Source: Candidatus Marinacidobacterales bacterium
GTDB lineage: Bacteria; Acidobacteriota; Vicinamibacteria; Marinacidobacterales; DATDRI01
Direction of reading: 5' to 3'
Assembly: GCA_965219415.1 (NCBI GenBank)
Contig: CBDCNP010000002.1
Span: 2,336,001 to 2,400,000, forward strand
DNA: 64,000 bases
Shown here: piece after piece, positions 1 through 10,600 of the stretch
How positions within the stretch are numbered: the first letter of the stretch is position 1
How the letters are laid out: every line of letters starts with the position of its first letter
The notes under the pieces: generated by a model
Databases searched by the model: none
What the model was told of the DNA's origin: nothing
The model's input: the letters and a program-made list of their open reading frames with translations, nothing else
Program-made: the position numbers and the translations under genes

Positions 1-723
1 CAGAGAAGCTGTTGCTCCCCTGCCTGGTTATCACGCTGAAGACACCGCCGGGGACGTGACCGTACTCGGCAGAGGCGCCCACCGCAATGACCTCGACCTC
101 TTCGATGATGTCGGTGTTGGGCGAGAGCCAGGTGCGGCCCTGGGAGCGTGAGTTGATGCTCACTCCATCCATCTGGAACGCGTTGGCATCGGTCTCCGAG
201 CCCATCGCCATAAGGGCATTCCCTTCGACATTTTGGGTGATACCGGGGGCCGCCGCCATCAGGTCGTAGATGCTGTCCCGCCGCAGCGGAAGGTTTTGCA
301 CAAACCCTTTGTCGTAGGTGTTGGTCAGTCCAGTAACCGTTGAGTCCACCACCACCACGTCGGCGGTGACCGTGACCGCCTCGGCAACGCCGCCCAGGCT
401 CATGGTGACGTTCTGTGTGGTCGTGACGCCCAGGTCCACCGGGACGCCGGTGCGCTTCGCCGGGGTGAAGCCGTCCATCGTGAAGGACAGTTCATAGCGG
501 CCGGGGAACAGACGGTTGAAGAAATAGAAACCCCTTGCGCTGGTGATCGATGTGAAGGCGCCGGCCGCGCCTGCGCCCGTGAGCGTTACCGTGACGCCGG
601 GCACCACCGCGCCGGTGTCGTCCGTGACGGTCCCGACGATGTCGCCGGTGGTACGCTGGCAAAGGCGGGAGCCGAGGCGATCAGCAATCCGATTAGAAGG
701 CTAAAGAAGAAAATTCGCTTCAT
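1..723 (-). CDS. TonB-dependent receptor N-terminus (carboxypeptidase-like regulatory domain plus plug), runs off the window; 1-nt frameshift near 657
   Basis: RBS AAGGAGGAG, ATG at 723, signal peptide MKRIFFFSLLIGLLIASAPAFA. After a one-base shift it reads QRTTGDIVGTVTDDTGAVVPGVTVTL...NLPLRRDSIYDLMAAAPG, typical of these receptors. Confidence 0.8.
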
Positions 724-774
724 ATGCACTCCTCCTTAAATTAGCGAAAAACAAAAACCACGCGGCCTCAGAAA

Positions 775-789
775 GCAAGTTCAGTGCCA
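775..789 (-). promoter_or_regulatory. sigma-54 (-24/-12) promoter for the TonB receptor gene
   Basis: Minus strand reads TGGCAC-TGAAC-TTGC, matching TGGCAC-N5-TTGC, about 50 bp upstream of the ATG. Confidence 0.7.
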
Positions 790-850
790 TGAATCCAGGG
801 CATGAAAAAGTCTCCAAGTTATAGTGAACAACGGTTCTCTCGGCTCGTGT

Positions 851-1260
851 GGTTCACAGCGTGAACCGGTGAATTCGTCTCAGTGGATCGGCATCCAACT
901 TGTTGGACCAAGCTCTATACCCTAGCCCTTGTTAGTCACAGGCATCTGATCCACAGCGGAATATTCGAGGCAGCCTAGCACAAGTGAAAAGGGCGGAGCG
1001 GGAGACAAAAAACTGTCAATCGATTCACACTATGAACCGCCGTCCCGAACCAGGGGCCGCGTGCTCGGTCAGCGGATGACGAGGCTTCCAGAGTTATGAC
1101 TATGCTCGGTTCCAGAACGCAAGCCGAGGATCGTGAGCCGATCGTGGCTGGGCCAGACGCCACGCGCCCTCACATTCTCCAGGCTGGCCCGATTGACGAG
1201 AGCCGCGGGTGCGGCTAGACTCGAGTTCACATGGCGAATCGTCGGTTCACCATATGAACG
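851..1260. promoter_or_regulatory. four imperfect palindromes TTCAC-N5-YGAA, likely IclR operators
   Basis: 851-867 ggttcacagcgtgaacc; 1022-1038 gattcacactatgaacc; 1224-1240 agttcacatggcgaatc; 1244-1260 ggttcaccatatgaacg (overlaps the IclR start). Confidence 0.6.
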
Positions 1261-2108
1261 ACGCTGCCTATCCCGGGACCCGCGCCGTGCGGCGCGCCGT
1301 GAGTGTGCTGAAGGTCTTCACCGCCTCACGGCCCGAGCTGGGGCTGTCCGAGGTGGCGCGGGCCGCAGGCCTCAACAAGACCACCGTCTTTCGGCTGCTG
1401 AGTGCCCTCGAGGGCGAGGGGCTCGTTCAGCGCGCCCCGAAGGGCGAGGCCTATCGGCTCGGCCCCGAGTTGGCCGCCCTGGGCCTTCGCGCCCTCGGGG
1501 CCACGGACCTGCTCTTGGCCACTCGGCCCGAGCTGCCCGCCCTTGCCGAAGCCACGCAGGAGACAGCGAGTCTCGAGGTCCTGGTCGGACGCGAGGTAGT
1601 GATCCTGGACGAGGTGCGCGGGAGACGCGTGCTCGCGGCGGTACCAGAGGTGGGGGCCCACTCGCCGGCCCACGCCACCTCGACCGGCAAGGCACAGATC
1701 GCTTTCCTGCCGGAGGAGCGATGGCAGGAGTTCTTGACGCCCCCCCTCCCCAGGCTCACCCCGAAGACTCTCTGTGAACCGGAGACGTTGCGGAGAGAGC
1801 TGTGGCGGGTCCGCACCAGGGGCTACGCCACCACGCTGGAGGAGCTCGAGCCCGGCTATGTGGGCGTGGGCGTTCCGGTGCGAGGTGCCAACGGGAGCGT
1901 GGTGGCAACTCTGAGCGTCGGAGGCCCGAGCACACGGCTCACGGCCGAACGCGTGAGCGAGATCGCTCAGCTCCTGTTGGCCGCGGCGTCACGCGCCTCG
2001 GAACGCCTCGGCTTTCGCGAGGACAAGGCACGCCGCGGAGCAACGCGTGACCGACCCGGCATCCCTCGAGGCCCTCATCAACGCCGATCTCGAAGCGGCC
2101 CAGCCTGA
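1254..2108 (+). CDS. IclR family transcriptional regulator
   Basis: HTH LGLSEVARAAGLNKTTVFRLL, HATSTGKA motif, VRTRGYA...EELEPG effector domain. Confidence 0.92.
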   Translation: MNDAAYPGTRAVRRAVSVLKVFTASRPELGLSEVARAAGLNKTTVFRLLSALEGEGLVQRAPKGEAYRLGPELAALGLRALGATDLLLATRPELPALAEATQETASLEVLVGREVVILDEVRGRRVLAAVPEVGAHSPAHATSTGKAQIAFLPEERWQEFLTPPLPRLTPKTLCEPETLRRELWRVRTRGYATTLEELEPGYVGVGVPVRGANGSVVATLSVGGPSTRLTAERVSEIAQLLLAAASRASERLGFREDKARRGATRDRPGIPRGPHQRRSRSGPA

Positions 2109-2151
2109 GGCCTCGGCGTGCGCGCCAAAGCAACGAGCTCGTGCGAGGGCG

Positions 2152-4263
2152 TCAGGGGCCGATTTCGGCCAGATGGAGGCGAGCCGCCTCGAAGCCCGGT
2201 TCTAGCTCGAGTGTCGTCTCGAAGAAACTTCGTGCTTCTTTCGGGCGGCCCAAGCGCAGCAGAGCGAGGCCAGTGTTGAACGCGTACTGTGCGTTGGAGT
2301 CGTCGCGTTCCCAGGCCTGGCGGAAGGCCTTCTCTGCCTCGGCCAGCCGCTCGTGAGCACCGAGGACCATTCCCAGGGAGTTCCAGTAGGAGGCGGGCTC
2401 GGGGTCGAGCTCCACCGCTTCCCGCAGGCGGTGGATCGCCTCCTCCACCTCTCCCATGTCGCGGAGCAGCTCGCCGAGCTGCGCGCGCAGGAGGGCGTCG
2501 TCCGGGGCCAGGGGCAGGGCAGACTCGTAGGCTCGTCGCGCCTGCTCACTCTCGCCGAGCCGCCGCCAGAGTCGGGCCTCGCTCCTGCGCAGACCCGCGT
2601 CCCGCGGGCTGGACTCTTGACCCGACCGGATGGCCTCGACCGCGCCCCGCAGGTCGCCCAGCGCGACTCGGCAGTTTGCCAGGTCCCCCCACCCCGCGGG
2701 ATAGCCCGGCTCGAAGCCGACGGCCTGCTCGAACTGGGCCGCCGCCTCCCGGTGCTGCTTCTGCGCCAGCAGGGCGCGGGCCAGGTAGAAATGGAGCTCG
2801 AAGCTCCGGACGCCGCGCCCGAGGAGGTCCCGGAACAGCTTCACGCTTCCCGCGAAGTCCCCCTCCTGGAGGCGGACGAGGCCCCGGCTCATGAGGTCGG
2901 TGGCGATCCTGAAATCGTCGATCTTGTCCTTGGGATCGGCTCCGGGGTCCGCGGCTCCTGCGGCTCCTGGCCCCCCCACGTACCCGAGTGCACCGAGCTT
3001 CTCCCGGAGATCAAGGGGCAGGCTCGCCCCCGGCTCGCCGGGGGTGGAGGCCATGGGCTCGGCCGCGAGGATTCGTCCTAGGCTCGCTTGCAGCGCCTCC
3101 ACGCGAGAATGCTCGACCTGGGCCAGGTTGCGCCGCTCTTGGGGATCGTTCTCGAGGTCGTAGAGCTCCGGGCGCGGCGCCTGGATGTACTTCCACCTCC
3201 CCTCCCGCACCGAGCGCAGATCGCTCCACCCGTAATGCAGACGCGGCTCCAACGTCTCGGCGTAGGTCAGCGGCTCGGGCGGCGGCTCCCGCCCTTGCAA
3301 CGCCGCTGCCAGGCTCTGGCCAGGGAAGGTGGCTGCTGCCGGGGGCGGCACACCGACCAGCTCCAGAAGCGTCGGGAGCAGGTCGATGGTGCGAACGGTG
3401 ACGGGAAGGCGCCCGCCGGGCATCACGCCGGGTCCTCGGAAGAACAGCGGAACTGCCAGGGTGGACTGGTAGATGAAGAAGCCGTGAGTCGCCTCCCGGT
3501 GCTCTCCCATCCCCTCGCCATGGTCGGAGGTGACGCACAGCAGCGTCTGGTTGCGCAGCTCGAGCCTCGTGAGGGCGGCATCGATGCGCCCCACGAGCTC
3601 GTCGGTCCAGGCGACCTCGCCCTCGTAGGGGCGCTCGGCGTAGCGCGAGGCGTAGGGCTCGGGGGGGTCGTAGGGTTCGTGGGGGTCGTAGAGGTGGATC
3701 CATGCGAAGAGCCGAGCCTCCCGGTTGGACTCCAGCCAGGAGACGGCCTCCTGTACGGTTTCGTCGCCGCGCTTCTGGAGCTTGCTCGCGAAGAAGCTCT
3801 CGCCGGCTTTTCTCTCGATCTTGTCGGAGTACGTGTCGAATCCCCGGTCCAGGCCGGTGTGCGAGGCGAGGACGATGGAGGAAACGAATGCCGCCGTCCG
3901 AAAGCCCGCGGTCTGCAAGACCTCGGCGAGCAGAGGCGTTTCCGGACCGCGCCCGGGCGCGACGTTGTCGCGGATGCCGTGCTGGGACGGCAGGAGCCCG
4001 CTGAACAGGGAGAAGTGGGAGGGGCGTGTCAAAGGGACGTGGACCATGGCATCCGGGGCCATTGTCCCCTCGGCTGCTAGCCGGTCCAGGTTGGGCGTGG
4101 GCAGCCCGAGGTTGCCGTAGCTGCCCAGACGATCGGCGCGCAGCGTGTCGATGGTGACCAGCACGAGGTGCCGCGCCGTGGGCGGTGCTGCTCGTTCAGG
4201 CTCGGGTGAGGTGCACGATGTCGTGAGCAGCGCGAGGGCCGCCAGGTGTGGCGTGAGCTTCAC
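2152..4263 (-). CDS. sulfatase-like (alkaline phosphatase superfamily) hydrolase fused to TPR repeats, probable lipoprotein
   Basis: IDTLRAD, LTRPSH, HLYDPH and SDHGE motifs; C-terminal TPRs; lipobox-like TTSC. Confidence 0.88.
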   Translation of the reverse strand: MKLTPHLAALALLTTSCTSPEPERAAPPTARHLVLVTIDTLRADRLGSYGNLGLPTPNLDRLAAEGTMAPDAMVHVPLTRPSHFSLFSGLLPSQHGIRDNVAPGRGPETPLLAEVLQTAGFRTAAFVSSIVLASHTGLDRGFDTYSDKIERKAGESFFASKLQKRGDETVQEAVSWLESNREARLFAWIHLYDPHEPYDPPEPYASRYAERPYEGEVAWTDELVGRIDAALTRLELRNQTLLCVTSDHGEGMGEHREATHGFFIYQSTLAVPLFFRGPGVMPGGRLPVTVRTIDLLPTLLELVGVPPPAAATFPGQSLAAALQGREPPPEPLTYAETLEPRLHYGWSDLRSVREGRWKYIQAPRPELYDLENDPQERRNLAQVEHSRVEALQASLGRILAAEPMASTPGEPGASLPLDLREKLGALGYVGGPGAAGAADPGADPKDKIDDFRIATDLMSRGLVRLQEGDFAGSVKLFRDLLGRGVRSFELHFYLARALLAQKQHREAAAQFEQAVGFEPGYPAGWGDLANCRVALGDLRGAVEAIRSGQESSPRDAGLRRSEARLWRRLGESEQARRAYESALPLAPDDALLRAQLGELLRDMGEVEEAIHRLREAVELDPEPASYWNSLGMVLGAHERLAEAEKAFRQAWERDDSNAQYAFNTGLALLRLGRPKEARSFFETTLELEPGFEAARLHLAEIGP

Positions 4264-6545
4264 CCGCCTCGCTCCAGCCTGCGGGCAGCAGCGAGCTGGC
4301 GTGCAGCCTCCTCTCGGCGCCCGCCACGGTTGTAGATGTCGGCCAGGATGTAGTGTCCGAACGGAGCTTGCTCGGGCTCCGGATTCTTGGCTAGGCCCGT
4401 CAGAGCGGCCTCCTCGGCCTGCGCCAGCTCCCCGGCGTCGAGCAGGGACTTGGCCAGGTACAGGTAGCCCGTCCCGAACTCCGGATTCCAGTCGACCGAT
4501 TCACGGAGTCGAGTCCGAGCCTCCTCGGGGCGTGTGCGCATCAGCAGCTTGCCCAGGTTGAAGGCGGCCTTGAAGGCCTTGGGCGTCTGGGCGAGCTCCG
4601 CTTCGTACTCGGCCACGGCTCGCTCGATCTGGCCGCGGGCCTCGTGGGCAAGAGCCAGGTTGAAGTGGGCCCGCGGCAGCTCGGGCTTCTCCTCCAGGGC
4701 CTTCGAGATGATCCTCTCGGCGTCGGCATACCGCTCCAACTCGATGTAGCACTCGCCCAGCTTCAAGCGGAACTTCGGCTGGTCCACCTTCAGCGCCAGG
4801 GCGTCTCTCAGAGTTCCCTCGGCCTCGTCGAAGCGCTTCTCGCGCATGCGGATGTCCGCCAGCTGCCAGAGCACCTTACCGCTCCTGGGATCGAGCTCGT
4901 GGGCCCGCTCGAAGCCGATCTCCGCGTCCTCCAGCTGTCCCATATTCTTCTGGGCGAGTGCCAGGCCGAAGACGGCGCCATGATGCTCGGGGTCGAGCTC
5001 CATGGCCTGCCGGAGTGCCTTGATTCCCTCCTCGGGACGACCGGCCTTTTCGTGGAATTTCGCGAGCAGCGTGTAGGCCTCGACGATCTCCGGATCCTCG
5101 GCCAGGGCCTGCTGTACCTTGGCGATGGCCTCGTCGATCCGCTCCTCCGAGGAGTCCTGGCCTGCCTGCCTCAAGAGGTTGTAGAGGCCGATCTTGTCCT
5201 TCGGGTCCCCCCGGGGTCGGTCCTCGAGGTTGCGGGCGCTGATGCCGCCGCCGATGTAGCCCAGCGCCCGGAGGCGCTCCTCGGTCTCCGGGTCGATGGC
5301 GGTGGGCCCGCGCGAAGCGTCCTCGCTGGTTACCTGTCTCAGCATTTTCTCCAGAGCCCGCTCCAGGGCATCGGCACGCTGCGGCTGCTCTGCCGCCAGA
5401 TCCTCGATCTCCCCGGGGTCCTGAGCCAGGTCGTACAGCTCGCGGCGGGGGGCCTGGATGAGCTTGTAGCGACCGTCGCGCACGGCCTTGAGCTCACTCC
5501 AGCCGTAGTGGTACCTGGGGTACCAGCTCTCCGAGAGGGCCAGGAGCTGCAACTCTCGGCCGCGACTCAGGGGCACGAGGCTGGTCCCCTGGACGCTCGC
5601 CGGAGCCTCGACGTCCAGTAGCTCGAGGGCGGTGGGCATCACATCCACGATCCGGACCTGGTTGGGCACCACCCGGGAAGGCACGCCCGGCCCGGCGATC
5701 ATGAGCGGGATCTGCACCACTTCGTCGTAGAGGAAGAAGCCGTGGTCCAGCTCTTTGTGCGCCCCTAGGGCCTCCCCGTGGTCCCCGACGACCACGACCA
5801 GGGTGTCCTCGAGATGGCCTTGCTCCGCCAGACCGTCCAGCAGCCGTCCCACCAGCCCGTCGGTCCACGCGATCTCGGCGTCATAGGCCCCTGACCGGGT
5901 GCGAGGGAAGCGGGAGGGATAGGGTTCAGGGGCCTCGTACGGGGTGTGCGGATCGTAGAGGTGCACCCAGGCGAAGAACGGCGCCTCCGATTCTTCGCCG
6001 AGCCAGCGCAGGGCCTCCGCTACCACCTCGTCGCCCCTCCGCTGCACGCTGGCCATGCCGCCACCCTTCATCTCGGACAGGTCAAACTCGTCGAAGTAGC
6101 GATCGAAACCCTGGTGCGTCCCCCAGCGGGAGTCGAGGACGAACGCCCCGACGAAGGCCCCCGTACGGTATCCTTCGCCGCGCAGCACCTCGGCGAGAGT
6201 GACCTGCTCGTCTCCGAGGTAGAAGCCGCCGTTGTCCCGGACGCCGTGTGTGGCGGGGAAGGTCCCGGTCAGCAGGGATGAGTGCGCCGGCAACGTGAGC
6301 GCGGCCACCGTGGTGGCCTGCTCGAAGCGCAGGCCCTGCGCGCCCAGGGCATCGAGACGGGGCGTTTGGGCCTTGGCGTAGCCATAGCTGCCGAGGGCAT
6401 CGGCTCTCAGGGTGTCGATGGAAACCAAAAGCAGGTGAGTTCGGCTCCAGCCGAAGGGGGCGAGAGTGCCCTCACGGAGTATCAGGAACCAGACGCCGAC
6501 GCCCAGCAGGGCGAGGAGAACGAAACCGGCTAGGGCTCTGCGCAT
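4260..6545 (-). CDS. sulfatase-like hydrolase fused to TPR repeats, N-terminal membrane anchor
   Basis: IDTLRAD, LTLPAH, HLYDPH, GDHGE; many TPRs; stop overlaps the next start. Confidence 0.88.
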   Translation of the reverse strand: MRRALAGFVLLALLGVGVWFLILREGTLAPFGWSRTHLLLVSIDTLRADALGSYGYAKAQTPRLDALGAQGLRFEQATTVAALTLPAHSSLLTGTFPATHGVRDNGGFYLGDEQVTLAEVLRGEGYRTGAFVGAFVLDSRWGTHQGFDRYFDEFDLSEMKGGGMASVQRRGDEVVAEALRWLGEESEAPFFAWVHLYDPHTPYEAPEPYPSRFPRTRSGAYDAEIAWTDGLVGRLLDGLAEQGHLEDTLVVVVGDHGEALGAHKELDHGFFLYDEVVQIPLMIAGPGVPSRVVPNQVRIVDVMPTALELLDVEAPASVQGTSLVPLSRGRELQLLALSESWYPRYHYGWSELKAVRDGRYKLIQAPRRELYDLAQDPGEIEDLAAEQPQRADALERALEKMLRQVTSEDASRGPTAIDPETEERLRALGYIGGGISARNLEDRPRGDPKDKIGLYNLLRQAGQDSSEERIDEAIAKVQQALAEDPEIVEAYTLLAKFHEKAGRPEEGIKALRQAMELDPEHHGAVFGLALAQKNMGQLEDAEIGFERAHELDPRSGKVLWQLADIRMREKRFDEAEGTLRDALALKVDQPKFRLKLGECYIELERYADAERIISKALEEKPELPRAHFNLALAHEARGQIERAVAEYEAELAQTPKAFKAAFNLGKLLMRTRPEEARTRLRESVDWNPEFGTGYLYLAKSLLDAGELAQAEEAALTGLAKNPEPEQAPFGHYILADIYNRGGRREEAARQLAAARRLERGG

Positions 6546-6770
6546 AAGACTGCTAGTTGGGAAAATATACTCGACCAGAAACGCATGTCAAGAATCTCTG
6601 TTCCCCGTGTGGGGAGCGGATGATATGGCCGATCGCGAGAGCAAGTGATCTGTCCGCTTTGAAGCGGCGACGGCGTGCTCGACGACGAGGACCTGTGCCC
6701 GGGCACGGTGATTCCCGAAGGGGTGCCCACGCGAAGCCCGACTAAGCTCAGTCTAATAGTGTCTGGAAAT

Positions 6771-7545
6771 TTATTGAGTCATAGTCGGCGGGTAGCCCAA
6801 CGCCATTTCTACGAACATACTAAGTTCGATGATACTCCCGACAAAGCGCACGGTATGGTTATCGATAAGCTCCACGTTTGGCAGATAAGCAATCATTTCC
6901 GCCGCGTCGACAGACAACGACCGCTCCCTCGATTGGACCCAACATGTCGGACACTTCGCGCACCGCGGCGTCGTCGTCACTGATCATCACTACCGGGACT
7001 CCGAAGTGCCCAGCGATCAGGGCGTTCATGCCGCCTTCGATCATTTCAGTGCCATTGATTCTTACGGATGAAAAATCCGCGCCTGATACCGTATGAGCTG
7101 CGATTCCGTCGATGTTGCCTGCACTGGCGTGATAACCGATGAATATCGCGGCATCAAAGCTATCGTCGATTCCCTCCATCATGCCGAGCGGTCTTGGCCA
7201 GGACCTAACAACTTGGATGTCCTGTGGCAGAGCATCTAGCAACAAATTCAGGCCGTTGCCGTGTGAATCGCTAACAACAATCTCGGTAGTGCCCACATCG
7301 CGCGCGGCCTCAATGGCCGCGTTTACTTCCGCAGTTATGAATTTGCGAAACTGGCTATATTCAAATCCTCTCGGTCCCAACTGGTCTTGGCTAACGACTC
7401 CGGCAACTCCTTCCATGTCCGCAGAAATGTAGACCTTCAGACCTTGAGCATTCGCGCCACAAGCCGTAGCCAGTAACAAGAGCGCGAACAAAATGTCGCG
7501 AAAAAGAAGATTGTGCGTAGCTAGATCCATTTGGAGTCTCCCCAT
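6771..7545 (-). pseudogene. M55 family D-aminopeptidase (DppA-like) with internal deletion/frameshift near 6915
   Basis: SADMEG, DSHG, GYHA and AHT motifs; the C-terminal AAEMIAYLPNVE segment lies in another frame. Confidence 0.82.
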
Positions 7546-7651
7546 TCTTGTTTTTTGCGTCGGTGGCTTTGCTTTCTCAGCTCTGCTCTAGGCGCTTCGG
7601 TTTATAACGTGGAGCGAGGCAACACTGTCGTTCAAGACGACGCATAGAGTC

Positions 7652-10600
7652 TCACGGTTGTTCATCCCACCACCACATTCGAGGCGGAGTCTTCTGCCGC
7701 GGCCAGATCTGGTTGAGCGTGTCCCCTTCGAACAATTCTCCATTCTTCATCACGTACTTGATGGTGTTGGTGTTCCGAATGTCCTCCAAAGGGTTCTTGG
7801 CGAGCACGATCAAGTCGGCGAGCTTTCCCACCTCGATGCTCCCCAAATCCTGGGCATAGCCAATCGCTTCTGCACCGTGCAGGGTCGCTGCCCGCAGAAC
7901 TTCGAAATTCGTCATTCCTCCACTGTGCAGCGCCCACATATCCCAATGACACGAAATCCCTTGCACCGCTCCGTGTCCCCCAACGCAGACCCGTCCTCCA
8001 GCACGGACGATCTTGGCGGCCGAGGCGGCAGCTCTCGGATAGAAGTGCTCTTCCTTTCGGAGCCACGGTCGCCGCTTGGTCCGTGAATCGAGGAGGTTAT
8101 GGGGAATAAATCGCTGTAGTTTCTGATCGTCATGAACTTCCGTGCTCAAAAAGAAGTCGTGCTCACCACGGGCGCCGCCATATGCCTGCATTAGCGTGGG
8201 CGTGTAGAAGAGTCCGACCCGGGCCACCAGTTCGGCAACGTCTCTATAAAGCGGCGCAATCCCAAAATTGTGCTCGTTGCCACTGAAACCGTCGATCGCA
8301 TGGGTGAGGTCCAGCTTGAGGTTGGCGGCGCCTTCCGTGGTGGGCATGATCCGGTGTTCCTTGCAGGCTTCCACCATCCACTGCCGCTGTTTCCGGTTGC
8401 CGACCACGTAGGACTTCAACGTGTTTGTCCGGTAGTACTTCTTGTACTTGGCGACCACATTCTTGGCATCCTTGGCGGATTGAAGATTGGTGTTCTGAAA
8501 GACCCCCGGCCCAGTTGAAAACGCCCTCGGCCCGAGCATCTCTCCTATGTCCACGAGATCCTGATAGGCGAACATGTCGTTGGTGGTGGTCTGCGCATCG
8601 CGGCCAGTCGTGACGCCATAGGCCAGATTGGCAAGAAAGTTCCAGTTTTGCATGTCGAGCACGCCGCGGCGGATTTCGAACCAGTGAGCATGAACGTCCA
8701 CGATCCCTGGCATGATCGTCATCCCATCGACGTCGAATAGCCGCGCGCCTTCGGGGATGGTTACCGATCCCCTTCGCCCAAGGGCCGTGATTCGGTTGTC
8801 GGTGATGACAATCTCGGCGTCCGCGATTAGCTCCTCGCCTCGCATCGTGATCACCGTGGCACCACGAAGCGCAATCACGCCCTTGGGGATGTGGCGAGGT
8901 CGTTCGATGACCGCTTCGATTTCCTCGACCGGCAGTTTCCTCTCTTCCTCGGGCTCTTCACCTTCTGACTCCTTTGCAGGTTCGAAAGTCACATCGGCCA
9001 AGCGCAAGCGGAAAAAGGAGGAACCCAGCCCCCAAGTCAAGGTCGATCCACCATCGGCCCACGCGAAGTAGTCGGCTCCTACCTCGGTGAGTTTCCGCAC
9101 TGGGACCGAAGCGGAGCTAACGTTCACAGTGGGCGGGTCTCCGCCGATGCGGGGCACGGCCACCACATACAGTTGTTCGTGCACGAGAGCCAAGGCATAG
9201 CGCCCGTCAGGACTGATGCGCGCGTCCTGGGCCGGCGTTGGCTCCGATACCCAACCTTCTCCAACAATCTCGATGTGAGTGCGCCGGTCCGTACCGTCGA
9301 ACCGCAATGAGATCAGTCCTTGACTGGAGTAAACATAGACGCGGTCCTGCTCGTCCCTGAAATGCGGGCCAACGACGCCACGGGCGGGCACGATGAGTTT
9401 CAGATCACCTCCTTCTGCAGGTATCCAAACCAGGTCGTCGCCGACCCCCCGGTTGTCGCCAGAGTCATAGCTGCGTTCGACCCGCGCCTGTCGCGGTCCG
9501 TACAGCGCGACAAGGCGCTGTCCGTCGGGCGACCAGGCTGGATTCCGATAGTGACCGGGAACCCGCGTGAGTTGCTGGGGCGTGCCCCCCCCGTCCGCAC
9601 GAATCTTCCAAATGTGTCCTCCCTCCGTCGACCAGGTCACATAGGCCAACCACTTCCCGTCGGGTGACCAGGCAGGATGGAACTCCCGGCTGTCGCCTGA
9701 CGTGATGCGGGTAGGCCTACCGTCAGGGATGCTCATCGTGTAGAGGTGAGTCAGAGCGGAGAACGCCAACCGCTTCCCGTCCGGTGATTGCGACGGTACC
9801 TGGATCAGGCGGGCGCGGACCGGCCCTTGCTCGACGCGGGACGGAAAATTCAGTAAGGGGCCCACTTCTTGGGAAACCTTGGCAGTGAAAGGTACGACTC
9901 GTGCTTTGCCGCTTTTCACGTTCACGCGATGGATCTTGCCGTCGTAGGAAATCACGATCTCCCTACCGTCGGACGTGAAGGCGTAGCCGGGAAGCAGATC
10001 GCGCTCCGCGTAAGCCTCCTGTGCATCAAGTTGAACCGGATATTTCAACCAGCGCTCCTCGCCGGTGGAGAGATCGCGAATCCGCAATCCGGTTTCGGCT
10101 TCGTGACGTGTCCCATAGACCAATTTGGTGCCGTCAGGCGAGAGCACCGGCCTCAACGCGCTCCCGGGTGCCTCTGTGATCACGTCTTCGTCACCCGTGG
10201 TGAGATCCCGGCGCGCGATTTGGGAGTAGGGAAAATTGTAGCCTGACATGGGCTCGTCAAAAAACGGTCTCCCCGTCCGCTTGGCGTAGTACAGATAGCG
10301 ACCGTCAGGGCTGGCTACGGCTCCCAGGGCGCTGTGCCACTCAAGAAACGGGGTGTCCGGCTTTGGCTTGCTTTTGGTTACCTGGACCCCTTTACCACCT
10401 TTGATGTGGTACATCCAGGTTTCTTCGTTCCGATCCCAAACGCCGCTGCCTGGAGCACTGCGGGTAACAAGGACGTACTCACCGTCCGGAGTCCAGCTTG
10501 GCGATACGAAAAGACTTTGCTTCTCCTTGCTCAGTTGTTTGGGATCGGAGCCGTCCGAGTTAGCGATCCAGATGTTCTCGGCCCCATCACGGTCACTCAA

